Shown: in pieces, positions 34,184 through 43,283 of the stretch | Numbering within the stretch: position 1 is the first letter of the stretch | Layout: every line of letters starts with the position of its first letter | Origin: a virus | DNA: 64,000 nt | Reading direction: 5' to 3' (one strand) | IMG/VR virus record: IMGVR_UViG_3300023223_000669 | Location: 32,001-96,000 of that record | Notes under the pieces: model-generated | Told to the model about the DNA's origin: nothing | Database searches by the model: none | What the model saw: the letters and a program-made list of their open reading frames with translations, nothing else | Translations under genes and position numbers: made by a program

Positions 34184-34456
34184 ATGAATTATGTAGAAAC
34201 GATTGGTAATATACAACTGTTTGGTAACGAAGTTAACGGCAATTATTACGTGGGTGATCCTTTACCGGAGCAGCCTGCTAATAATTTTACTATTACGACT
34301 ACCCCCTGGACATATGGTTGTTGGCATGTAACAAAGTCTGCCCGCGAACAAGTCCAAGAAGAAATTCTCACCAAGATGGCAGAAGCTATCGAAGGTGATG
34401 ATTTGAAGAAAGCTCGCAAGCTGGTTAAGCTCGCGAAAGCCCTGAAGGAACTATAA
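34184..34456 (+). CDS. hypothetical protein
   Basis: AAGGAG RBS. Confidence 0.6.
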   Translation: MNYVETIGNIQLFGNEVNGNYYVGDPLPEQPANNFTITTTPWTYGCWHVTKSAREQVQEEILTKMAEAIEGDDLKKARKLVKLAKALKEL

Positions 34457-34457
34457 A

Positions 34458-34718
34458 ATGGTATTACAATCTGGTATTAGAGTAAGAGTGGATGGTCAAG
34501 AAGCCACTGTTGAACTGTCATGGGCCTCTGGTAAGCATACGCAAACTACGCTTAGTGACGGTCGTACAATTGTTGATCTCGAAAAGGCTATTGCTGATGG
34601 TGACGCACAAGTACTTGATGCTGCACCCGCACCCGAACCAAGTATTTGGCATCGTAGTCGTGTGACTGAGAAAGAGATCGAGCGTCTTCCTACGGAAGAC
34701 GAAGACCTGGAGGAATAG
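34458..34718 (+). CDS. hypothetical protein
   Basis: ORF in late run. Confidence 0.6.
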   Translation: MVLQSGIRVRVDGQEATVELSWASGKHTQTTLSDGRTIVDLEKAIADGDAQVLDAAPAPEPSIWHRSRVTEKEIERLPTEDEDLEE

Positions 34719-34720
34719 AT

Positions 34721-34888
34721 ATGGATTTTACTAAAGAAGAATTAAAGATTATTAGTGCCGCATTGCATTCTGTCATGGCCTCTTCTTGGGCATATGTCCC
34801 AGATAGAGATTTTATTGCACGAGTAGATCGTGTTCGTGTCAAAGCATATCAAATGGCCAATGAGGAACTTGTAGTATCTGAGGGCTAA
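34721..34888 (+). CDS. hypothetical protein
   Basis: 55 aa MDFTKEELK..., GGAGG RBS. Confidence 0.5.
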   Translation: MDFTKEELKIISAALHSVMASSWAYVPDRDFIARVDRVRVKAYQMANEELVVSEG

Positions 34889-34890
34889 TT

Positions 34891-35409
34891 TTGGACACTA
34901 AACAATGTACTCGTTGTCGTGAGACAAAGACGCTATCTCATTTTAGCCATGACAATAGACGCAACAGGGCCGGCCTTAAAAGCTGGTGCAAACAGTGTTG
35001 TGCAGGTTATATAGCACAAAATAAAATGAGACATGCTGATTATACAAAGATAAGTAGGATGAAGTACAGGAGTGAATGGCTTGCGTTCTTTGAGTCTGTT
35101 TATGGAGAGGACCCTATATGTCAGGTATGTGGCACAGACTTAGCATGGTATTCTGATCACAGAGCAGATGGTAGATATGTAGTAAATTTTGACCATAGAC
35201 ATGGCGGTGAAGCATCTATCAAGGGACCTCCTGCTTCTTGGTGGGGCAGTCATGCATGTACGTTAGAAAATCAGAAGACTTGGTTAGAATGTGATTTTGG
35301 TATTCTATGTGGTAGATGTAATAGTTGTTTGCCTACCATGGGTCGTGGTGAGTGGCTACAAAAGGCATTGAGATATTATGGTTATTCCGAAACCAGTTCT
35401 TATAATTGA
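34891..35409 (+). CDS. HNH/EndoVII-like endonuclease
   Basis: CTRC...CKQC; CQVC...DHRH...LCGRCN. Confidence 0.75.
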   Translation: MDTKQCTRCRETKTLSHFSHDNRRNRAGLKSWCKQCCAGYIAQNKMRHADYTKISRMKYRSEWLAFFESVYGEDPICQVCGTDLAWYSDHRADGRYVVNFDHRHGGEASIKGPPASWWGSHACTLENQKTWLECDFGILCGRCNSCLPTMGRGEWLQKALRYYGYSETSSYN

Positions 35410-35866
35410 CACGAGGGAAAAGTATCCGTGGGATTTCGAAGGAGATCAAGCCTTCGAAGATGTCCGTTATGAGAAACTTGACGCGGGGGACTATAGTATA
35501 GAGGGTCTTGAGGATATTATCGTGATCGAGCGTAAGGCCACGGTAGATGAGTTGTTCGCGAATTTCACCAAAGACAAGAAGAGGATTATCGCTGAATTCG
35601 AACGCCTCAAGAATCATCGTTTCAAGATTATTGTCGTGGAGGAAACCTGTGACGATATCATGAATCCTAATAAGTACTACGTGAACAAGAAGAAAATCAA
35701 TCGCAAAAGTCCCAAGATGCCAGTAGCGGTTGTCACTTCTAACTTAACGAAGCTAATGCTAGAGCATGATGTTCACATCATCTATGGTGGCATGAGAGCC
35801 CAGGCGATGGCTAAAGGTATTCTGTTGCACGCATACGATTTACACCGGAAAGGGAAACTACTATGA
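35378..35866 (+). CDS. ERCC4-domain nuclease
   Basis: IIDTREK, LDAGDYS, IERKA. Confidence 0.9.
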   Translation: MVIPKPVLIIDTREKYPWDFEGDQAFEDVRYEKLDAGDYSIEGLEDIIVIERKATVDELFANFTKDKKRIIAEFERLKNHRFKIIVVEETCDDIMNPNKYYVNKKKINRKSPKMPVAVVTSNLTKLMLEHDVHIIYGGMRAQAMAKGILLHAYDLHRKGKLL

Positions 35867-37911
35867 GAGCAACAGAAGTAAAGAAGCTCCGTGGGTCTCC
35901 CTGGAAAACAGAGTGGGAAGTTGAAGACATTAAGCAAATCTTCCATGAGGCAGGACCGTTTGAAGGTCTCTATCACATGGCGTCTTTCAACATGGCGTGG
36001 TTTGTTGAAAAGGTCTTTAATAACCAACAAGGAAAGCCCTTGCGGTTGGAGTCTTTCCAACAAGTCATGTTCGATCTTCTATGGTACAAGAAATTCCCCA
36101 TGCTTCTGGCTGCCCGTGGTGCTGGCAAGACGTTCATCTTAGCCTTATATGCACTGGTGGTAGCTATACTAAAGCCTGGTTCCAAGATCGTGATTGTTGG
36201 CTCTGGTTTCCGTCAGGCTAAGCTTGTATTCAAGTATATCGAACAGCTATACGAGGCCAGTCCATTGGTCAAGGAAGCCATATCACACTGGGGCGGTCCC
36301 AAGTTTGGATCGGATGCAGCCACGTTACGTGTTGGCCTATCTATGATTCAAGCTATCCCTATTGGTGATGGTCAGAAGATTAGAGGTATGCGAGCAACCG
36401 TATTGATTGCTGACGAATTTGCGTCTATCCCCGAAGACATCTTCGATATCGTTATCGAACCTTTCACCGCCGTTCACATGAATCCTGCCGAGCGTGCAGC
36501 TCAAAAGAGATTTGTGAAACGACTGGAAGCACTTGGAGCGGACCCGGGGCTCATCAATATTATTGAGAGCACACAGGGATTTGGTAACCAAGTTATCCTC
36601 TCGGGGACTCCTAGCTATAAACATAACCATTTCTACAAGAGGTGGACTATTTACTTGGCGTTCATTAGGTCGAAAGGCGATCCACAAAAGCTCAAGCACG
36701 CTCTCGAAGAGAGACAACTGGCATCTACTGGTAAACTAGTAGACATCAGTGATGATGATGTAGCACACGCAGAGGTGTCGTGGCATCACTATGCTATCTA
36801 TCAACTTCCATACACGGCTTTGCCAGAAGGCTTTATGGAAGAAGATATCATTCGCAAGGCGAAAGCTACATATCCTGCTCACAGGTTCGACATGGAATAC
36901 ATGTCGTTGTTCCCAGATGACACCGATGGTTTCATCAGGCGTTCTTGGATCGATGAAGCGACACCTAAGGGGCCAGACCATATTCCTGTTGCGGTAGAGC
37001 TATACGGCAATCCTCGTGACACATACGTTATGGGTGTTGACCCGGCTCGTTTCAATGACAACTTGGGCGTGGTAGTTTTCAAGCTGACAGATCGTGGACG
37101 AGAGCTTGTCTATTGTCAAGCATGGGATCGTACAGAGTTCAGTGTTTCTGCTCGACGTATTAGAGAGATCGTGAATAGGTTTCATATCGAGTACATCGTC
37201 ATGGACAAAGGTGGCGGCGGAGAAGACATACGTGAGTGGCTATGTAAGAAGGTAGACGATATAGAACCTAAAGATTTCATCTGGGTCATCCCGGAGCAAA
37301 TGGAGAAGTTTACTGGATCCAAGGCTAACATGTCGGCTCCTGGTCGCAAGATTCTTGAAATGGTTGATTTCACGCCCGCCTGGATTTCGCAAGCAGCCCA
37401 CGGTGTTGAGTCTAACATCCAGCAATGCCACATCCTATTCCCTGATCGTGCAGACGACAATAGGATCTATGACCAATACGTGCGTCATTTTGGCTTAGAT
37501 ACTATCAAAGAAGGCGAGAAGGAAATGTTACAGCGAGACCTCTGGGGTTTGGACGAATGGGAGGCTGAGCAGATTGCTGACCAGACGGGCGAGAAGACTC
37601 AGCGTGCATTCGGTGTCATGCAAAACATCTTTGAATGCATGAACGAAACCTGTGCAATCATGAGAAACGTAAGTCCTAAGGGCACAGAGAGCTTTGAATT
37701 ACCCAAATTGGCAGAACAGCCCGAAGGACTTGACATGCGTCGTCGTGACCGTTGGTCAGCCCTGATGCTGGCTAATTTTGCGGCTAAAGTGCGTTTGGGC
37801 ACGGGTCACCAGCCTAAGCACAATCCTGGCGTGGTGCCCAACATGGGTGGTCGTCGCGGCGGCAGCTACACAAGTCGTGGTGCTCATCGCAAGGGATCTG
37901 TCGCGTACTAG
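35863..37911 (+). CDS. terL: terminase large subunit
   Basis: ARGAGKT, LIADEF, LSGTP, MGVDPA. Confidence 0.9.
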   Translation: MRATEVKKLRGSPWKTEWEVEDIKQIFHEAGPFEGLYHMASFNMAWFVEKVFNNQQGKPLRLESFQQVMFDLLWYKKFPMLLAARGAGKTFILALYALVVAILKPGSKIVIVGSGFRQAKLVFKYIEQLYEASPLVKEAISHWGGPKFGSDAATLRVGLSMIQAIPIGDGQKIRGMRATVLIADEFASIPEDIFDIVIEPFTAVHMNPAERAAQKRFVKRLEALGADPGLINIIESTQGFGNQVILSGTPSYKHNHFYKRWTIYLAFIRSKGDPQKLKHALEERQLASTGKLVDISDDDVAHAEVSWHHYAIYQLPYTALPEGFMEEDIIRKAKATYPAHRFDMEYMSLFPDDTDGFIRRSWIDEATPKGPDHIPVAVELYGNPRDTYVMGVDPARFNDNLGVVVFKLTDRGRELVYCQAWDRTEFSVSARRIREIVNRFHIEYIVMDKGGGGEDIREWLCKKVDDIEPKDFIWVIPEQMEKFTGSKANMSAPGRKILEMVDFTPAWISQAAHGVESNIQQCHILFPDRADDNRIYDQYVRHFGLDTIKEGEKEMLQRDLWGLDEWEAEQIADQTGEKTQRAFGVMQNIFECMNETCAIMRNVSPKGTESFELPKLAEQPEGLDMRRRDRWSALMLANFAAKVRLGTGHQPKHNPGVVPNMGGRRGGSYTSRGAHRKGSVAY

Positions 37912-37970
37912 GAATCTTAGTGTATTAGATACCTGGAGCAATCAAGCCGCAATATAATCGCCCTGACGTT

Positions 37971-38372
37971 ATGAAAACCTGCATTCTCTGTCATACTAAG
38001 TTTAAACGATACGTCATGGTCGATGGCAAAAAGCTGGATTTAAGTAGTAGACGAAGATGTTTGATATGTAGTCCGTTTGATGGCAAGACAGGACCACGTA
38101 AATTGACTCCTGACGAAAAGAAGCTATCTATACGCAAATCAGATTTGAAGCGTCTTTATGGCATTACACTTGAAGATTTTGAGAACATGCAGGCTCGACA
38201 GAATAACAAGTGTGCCATCTGCGGAGTGGATCCTCCTGAGAGCAATAAGCGTCGTCTATCCATTGATCATTGCCATATCACTGGCGATATTCGTGGCCTT
38301 CTCTGTACTCGCTGTAATACCATGTTGGGATGGTTTGAGACTAATCGTGAAGCCGTAGAGAGTTATCTATAA
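37971..38372 (+). CDS. endonuclease VII-like homing endonuclease
   Basis: YGITLEDF...QNNKCAIC...DHCHITGDIRGLLCTRCN. Confidence 0.9.
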   Translation: MKTCILCHTKFKRYVMVDGKKLDLSSRRRCLICSPFDGKTGPRKLTPDEKKLSIRKSDLKRLYGITLEDFENMQARQNNKCAICGVDPPESNKRRLSIDHCHITGDIRGLLCTRCNTMLGWFETNREAVESYL

Positions 38373-40807
38373 TGACACGAAATAAAGCGAACGCTGATAG
38401 ACAAGTACGTGAGGACGCTATTTCACGTACTGCCGGTGCTGATTCCATGCTGACAGCCACGTCTCGTGCGAATGATACAGCCCGCAGTAAAGCTTATTTT
38501 TACGGCAACCTTGGCGATAGTGTCGAACGCCGAATGGGTGGCGGCGATCATCTATTAGGCGGAGGCAACGATAGTTTCGATGGGGCGTTTGGTCCTAATT
38601 CCTCATGGCAAGCCCAGGGATTTGGTAACTATTTTGGTACCGGCCTAATTAACGGCTATGGCCGGATGAACTCTGGCATTCACAGCGGCGGCGGTGGTGG
38701 CTTTACCTACCTTCGCCGTTTTTCTTCTAACTCTGTTTTCAATCACCAGCTTATCTCTCAGTGTATGCTGGCGTATCTAGGTTATGGTGTAGTTAGAAAC
38801 ATCATCGACCTGTACTCGGACTTTGCCACCGAGGGCATCTCAATCGATCACCCCGACGAGAGTGTTCGGAATTTCTACAAGACGTGGGCCACAAAGGTTG
38901 ATCTGCGTGATCGTGTCCATAGTCTGTTCCTTAATTTGTTCGTGTCGGGCAATGTGTTTGTTCACCGTCGCTGGGCAACCCTCTCTACTCAAGAGAAGAG
39001 AGCGATGAAGTCCGCTCAGGGGGCTGAGAATATCAATGACATGCTCATCATTCGTGGCAACTCAAAAGACACAACTATCGAGGGCCGCGAGGGTGGTTTT
39101 ATTGATTGGTTTTTAGAGCAGAAAGAAATCCATCTAAGCGACGATGATAAGAATGGTAAGGCAATAGGCAAAGCCCCTGAGTCTCCTCAGGATGAGCAGA
39201 TGCCCAAGAACCCCAAGAAGAGAATCCCCTGGGGGTACACTTTCTTGAATCCGCTCCAGATGGAACTACGTGGCCGTAAGCTGCGTGGCGACCATTACTG
39301 GATTATGGCCATCGACAAGCGAGACACGCTTGATTTTGCTCGTGGCATCGGGTTCTACAGTAGCTACAATCAAGACCTAGGTACGACAGAGATGAACTTG
39401 CCTAAAGAGTTCCTTAATCGTATCCAGCGTTACTCGGGGCCGGGTGCAGGGTATTCCGCCGAAGTTAAGTTGAGTCGCGAGGAGCTGTCTGTATTACAAG
39501 CTCCCGGTAAGTGGGATTGGTTCGATTGGGCCGTCCCGTTCTGCTACCCGGCCCTGCGTGCGTTGTCCTTCAAGGACTGCATTCGCAATATGGAGATGAA
39601 GGCATGCCAGTCTGTTATCAACTCTATTTTCCTTTTCAAGCTAGGTAACATCGAGAAAGGTATGCCAGCCGAGGACGAGCATTTTGAACGTCTTGCGGAT
39701 ATGCTGCAAATGCCGGGCCAGGCCCTCAATATCCTTTGGAACGAAGCTATTGAAGCCGATGTGATTCAGGCTGACGTTAAAGGTATCTTTGACGATGGTA
39801 AGCATCAGTCTGCCGACAAGGACATCTTGACCGCCCTTGGTATCCCCGAAGTGCTTATCGGCGGCAAGGGTGGCAATTTCTCCAATTCGTTTATTGCGGT
39901 TTCAACCGTGCTTGAGCGTTTGGAGTCGTATCGTAATAAAGTTCATGCTTGGTTGATGAATGAGTTGAAGATCATCGCTGATTCGATGGGCTTCAAAAAG
40001 CTACCGACAGTTCGTTTCGGTCGTACGAGTTTGAAGGATGAGAAATCTCACCAAGCATTCATGACTGGACTGTATGACCGTGGTATCCTCTCTGCTGATA
40101 GTCTTCTGACCGAAGGTGGTACAACCGCCGAGATTGAAGCTTCCAAAATGAAGGAAGAGAAGAAGAAGTACAAGGAGAAGGATATCTTTGAGCCGAAAGG
40201 TCCGTTTGTCAAAGATCCTAAGCCAGTACCCGGCACGCCGGGTGCTAAGCCGCCGGGTGGTGCAACCAAACCGAAGCCCAAGACGCCAAATGGTCGTCCT
40301 ACCAATACGAGTACTGGGCCCACTGGTAAGCAAAGCAACCCGCGTGGTCCCAAGGGACAGAATGTTGCATTCATTCTTGAAACGCAAGAAATTCTGTTGC
40401 GTCGTGGGCGAGCCATGCTCGATCAATTAGAAACATTCATTAGTGACCGTGTGCTGTCTTCAAAGGCTCGCGAGAATCCAAATTTGAGACATGTCAAGAA
40501 TTTGCGTGCTCAAGAACGTGAGCGACTGGAATGGTTGATCTACAACGTGTTCAGTCATATGCCACCACCGCCGGATGAGGAAGTCAAACTCAAGGATGAC
40601 TTCATTGTGAATATGCTCCGCTCTGATGCCTGTGAAGATGTCAAAGTAGATGTGTTTAGCACCTACACGGACAAGGTGGTTGAGTACAGTAAGACATATG
40701 GGAAGTCGCCCACACGCGAGATGCGTAGACAGTTTATGGTATCCGCCTGGACTCAACAGGCGATCATGCAGCATGTTGCTGAAAAACCTGATATTCTTAG
40801 TCTATGA
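38372..40807 (+). CDS. portal protein
   Basis: 811 aa after TerL; VVRNIIDLYSDFA, GNVFV, ALGIPEVLIGG. Confidence 0.8.
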   Translation: MTRNKANADRQVREDAISRTAGADSMLTATSRANDTARSKAYFYGNLGDSVERRMGGGDHLLGGGNDSFDGAFGPNSSWQAQGFGNYFGTGLINGYGRMNSGIHSGGGGGFTYLRRFSSNSVFNHQLISQCMLAYLGYGVVRNIIDLYSDFATEGISIDHPDESVRNFYKTWATKVDLRDRVHSLFLNLFVSGNVFVHRRWATLSTQEKRAMKSAQGAENINDMLIIRGNSKDTTIEGREGGFIDWFLEQKEIHLSDDDKNGKAIGKAPESPQDEQMPKNPKKRIPWGYTFLNPLQMELRGRKLRGDHYWIMAIDKRDTLDFARGIGFYSSYNQDLGTTEMNLPKEFLNRIQRYSGPGAGYSAEVKLSREELSVLQAPGKWDWFDWAVPFCYPALRALSFKDCIRNMEMKACQSVINSIFLFKLGNIEKGMPAEDEHFERLADMLQMPGQALNILWNEAIEADVIQADVKGIFDDGKHQSADKDILTALGIPEVLIGGKGGNFSNSFIAVSTVLERLESYRNKVHAWLMNELKIIADSMGFKKLPTVRFGRTSLKDEKSHQAFMTGLYDRGILSADSLLTEGGTTAEIEASKMKEEKKKYKEKDIFEPKGPFVKDPKPVPGTPGAKPPGGATKPKPKTPNGRPTNTSTGPTGKQSNPRGPKGQNVAFILETQEILLRRGRAMLDQLETFISDRVLSSKARENPNLRHVKNLRAQERERLEWLIYNVFSHMPPPPDEEVKLKDDFIVNMLRSDACEDVKVDVFSTYTDKVVEYSKTYGKSPTREMRRQFMVSAWTQQAIMQHVAEKPDILSL

Positions 40808-41316
40808 ACAAACTCTGTAATGGATGTGACACCATTAAACCGGCAGATGAGTTTCGAAAAGACAGAAGAAACAAATCTGGTTTGGGTTCTCGGTGTTTAG
40901 AATGTTGTCGATCCTATGATCGCAGCGAAAAGGCAAAGGCAGCATTACGAACTTATCGTAAGACTCCTGAAGGCAAGTTAGCATCTAAGCGTTTTCGACA
41001 GTCGGATAACGGCCGTTTAGCACGTTTGCGGTGTCACTATCGTCGTAGAGATCGTCAATGCAATCTTAATACATATCTTTCAAGTGAAGATATAAAATAT
41101 ATTCGACTGCGTTTTGATAATCAATGCTTTAAATGTGGCGACAAAGATGATCTTACCATTGATCATCATCGTCCTCTGGGCCGTGGATATGGCCTGTCGG
41201 TGAATAATGCTGTTTTACTTTGTCGTTCGTGTAATAGCAGCAAAGGTATTCGCATGCCATGGGACTTCTACGCTCCTGAGGAACTAGAGTACCTAAGTAG
41301 CCTATCGTTAGTGTAA
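40804..41316 (+). CDS. HNH endonuclease
   Basis: CFKCG...TIDHHRP...LCRSCNSSKG. Confidence 0.9.
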   Translation: MNKLCNGCDTIKPADEFRKDRRNKSGLGSRCLECCRSYDRSEKAKAALRTYRKTPEGKLASKRFRQSDNGRLARLRCHYRRRDRQCNLNTYLSSEDIKYIRLRFDNQCFKCGDKDDLTIDHHRPLGRGYGLSVNNAVLLCRSCNSSKGIRMPWDFYAPEELEYLSSLSLV

Positions 41317-41324
41317 TATGAGTT

Positions 41325-42254
41325 ATGGAGCGTACCCACGCCAAAATTGTCAAACGTGGTAACCAGTGGTGTGTTGTCTCTGAAGACGGTACTAAGAACC
41401 TGGGCTGTTCGAACACTCGTGAGGGTGCCGAAAAACGGCTCAAGCAGGTTGAGTTTTTTAAGCACAAAGGGTCAGCAGATATGGATTATAAAGACGCATT
41501 CGGCAATCTTGGTAAGGCATTGAGCCAGGGGTTCACCCCCGATCATCTCGGCGGACCTGGTAGTCAACCTCCCAAGGTAGAGGTAGAATCCGAGACGCTG
41601 AGCGTGGCAGATAGTCTAAAGGAAGGAACTATTGCCGGCTTTGTTTGTGAGCGTCTTCTAGACACCAAGGATCACTTCCCTGTCATTACGCAGACCCAGG
41701 CTCAGTCGAGCATGGCACGCGTTATGCAACTGACCGAAATCCCTGGTTGGTATGCTGGTGACCTGTCGGAACTCCGCCAGGACGTATACGCTGGTATCAC
41801 AAAGCTACACCCGGACATTGAACTCAATGTGCGGGTGTCTGCCGAACAGGCGGTTGGTCTTGGTCTTTCTGATGGCGAGACGCCTGCTGCGACTTCGAAG
41901 ACCTCTGTGAAGGACCCCGAAGATGATCGTAAGCGAGATATGGTTCCTCAAGTTGCTCGTCCGACCCTGACGAGTGCCCAAGTGGAAGCAGCTCTTAATG
42001 ATGAAGAAACACGCAAGGCGGTTGCTGGCCGTCTTATGGAATTGCTTGATAAGCAAATCGAGCATATGAAGAGTGCTAAGAAAGTTGGTCAACGACTTTT
42101 GAAGGGCGGCATGAAGGCTGAGGAGTTTGATCAGCTCAGCACATATGTTCAAGAAGATATTCTTCGCGAGCTTATGTCGCGTGGCGTTAACGCTGCCCAG
42201 GCTACTGAAGATCGTCGCCGCGAATTGCTAAACCGCATGCAGAACAATGGCTAG
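41325..42254 (+). CDS. head-associated protein of unknown function
   Basis: position between portal and protease; IVKRGNQWCVVSEDG.KNLG motif. Confidence 0.55.
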   Translation: MERTHAKIVKRGNQWCVVSEDGTKNLGCSNTREGAEKRLKQVEFFKHKGSADMDYKDAFGNLGKALSQGFTPDHLGGPGSQPPKVEVESETLSVADSLKEGTIAGFVCERLLDTKDHFPVITQTQAQSSMARVMQLTEIPGWYAGDLSELRQDVYAGITKLHPDIELNVRVSAEQAVGLGLSDGETPAATSKTSVKDPEDDRKRDMVPQVARPTLTSAQVEAALNDEETRKAVAGRLMELLDKQIEHMKSAKKVGQRLLKGGMKAEEFDQLSTYVQEDILRELMSRGVNAAQATEDRRRELLNRMQNNG

Positions 42255-42435
42255 TCGTCAGTTTAGACCTGAAGCGTTTTGGCTTATTGCTCGTCAACGC
42301 CAATTTGATAGAGATGGTCAGCCGTTTGAGTTATTGATTGGCGAGATCAATCCTTTTAACCAACCTCAGAAACCAACTGATGGTGGTAAAAAGAAGAAGA
42401 AGAAAAAGAAAAAGACAACGGTACGGCCGTATTAA
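42247..42435 (+). CDS. small protein with poly-Lys tail
   Basis: GGKKKKKKKKTT. Confidence 0.5.
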   Translation: MASRQFRPEAFWLIARQRQFDRDGQPFELLIGEINPFNQPQKPTDGGKKKKKKKKKTTVRPY

Positions 42436-42447
42436 GGGGGACTCATT

Positions 42448-42759
42448 ATGGCTACTGCATTAAATTCTGGTTTCACCAACAACATCAATACGATTCAACT
42501 TCGTGTGAATGGTGCTCATTCGCATCGTGTGACGGATCGTCCTATTGATGTGACTGGTGATGGTATCGAAGAACAAGTGACTGTCGCCCATGTTTCCGGT
42601 CATGCGGTTGGCGTTCCCAGTGCTCCGGGTGGTGTAACACGCAGTACGGTAACCATTCCTGCTGGTTCTGCACGCACCATTATTGCTCAAGTTACTGAGA
42701 CTGATGGTGGCGTTCACACGGATAATGATGTACTTGAAAACACCGAAGGAGTTAGCTAA
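42448..42759 (+). CDS. hypothetical virion protein
   Basis: RBS AAGGGG; beta-rich. Confidence 0.55.
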   Translation: MATALNSGFTNNINTIQLRVNGAHSHRVTDRPIDVTGDGIEEQVTVAHVSGHAVGVPSAPGGVTRSTVTIPAGSARTIIAQVTETDGGVHTDNDVLENTEGVS

Positions 42760-43256
42760 TGGCTCGTGAAGACTATATCGACGAATGCCTTGATCCCCGC
42801 AAGCGACCCATAGACCGCAATCGTGGCCTACAGGCCGATGGGTTTGCAGAGGCATTACAGAGGGCAGCCGGTAAACCTTATGATGAGGTTCCCGACGAGT
42901 TGGGAGAAGGCGGCGTTCGCTCCACGCCCGGCACCGATATTGCTGACCCATATGGCTCACAAATCCAGCCGAAGGGGGTTCCGGTGTGGGACCATCCCCC
43001 TTTGACTCCTAAGGAAGAAGCGGTATATTATGGTGTCCATATCCATAGCGAGTCAAATCCATTGGGTTTGCATTCGCACGTCCCCGGTGGGACATCTGGT
43101 GGAGGCCACAGCCACGGCCCCCAAAACCGCTTTGGCTCACATCATCACAAGACGGAGAAGCCGTTATACGGTATTACCCTTGATGGTGTTCACGTTCACG
43201 ACGGAAACAACTATCCCGATGGGTCACATAACCATTGCCCAGAGAATTTTGGGTAG
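42759..43256 (+). CDS. His-rich protein
   Basis: repeated HxH motifs in C-terminal half. Confidence 0.65.
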   Translation: MAREDYIDECLDPRKRPIDRNRGLQADGFAEALQRAAGKPYDEVPDELGEGGVRSTPGTDIADPYGSQIQPKGVPVWDHPPLTPKEEAVYYGVHIHSESNPLGLHSHVPGGTSGGGHSHGPQNRFGSHHHKTEKPLYGITLDGVHVHDGNNYPDGSHNHCPENFG

Positions 43257-43283
43257 TAGTTTTGCCGTTTAGTTTATTAGTCG

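Noticed and set aside
13067-39641. Isolated TTTTCAAGC copies (about 13067, 24669, 37076, 39633)
   Set aside because: Scattered inside genes, lack the AAGGAC/TTAG extension and are consistent with chance; copies at 5790, 6418 and 29985 are ambiguous.
35863-40807. Intein or intron in terminase or portal
   Set aside because: Both ORFs are continuous, with no C/S...HN intein ends; the adjacent nucleases have their own starts and stops.
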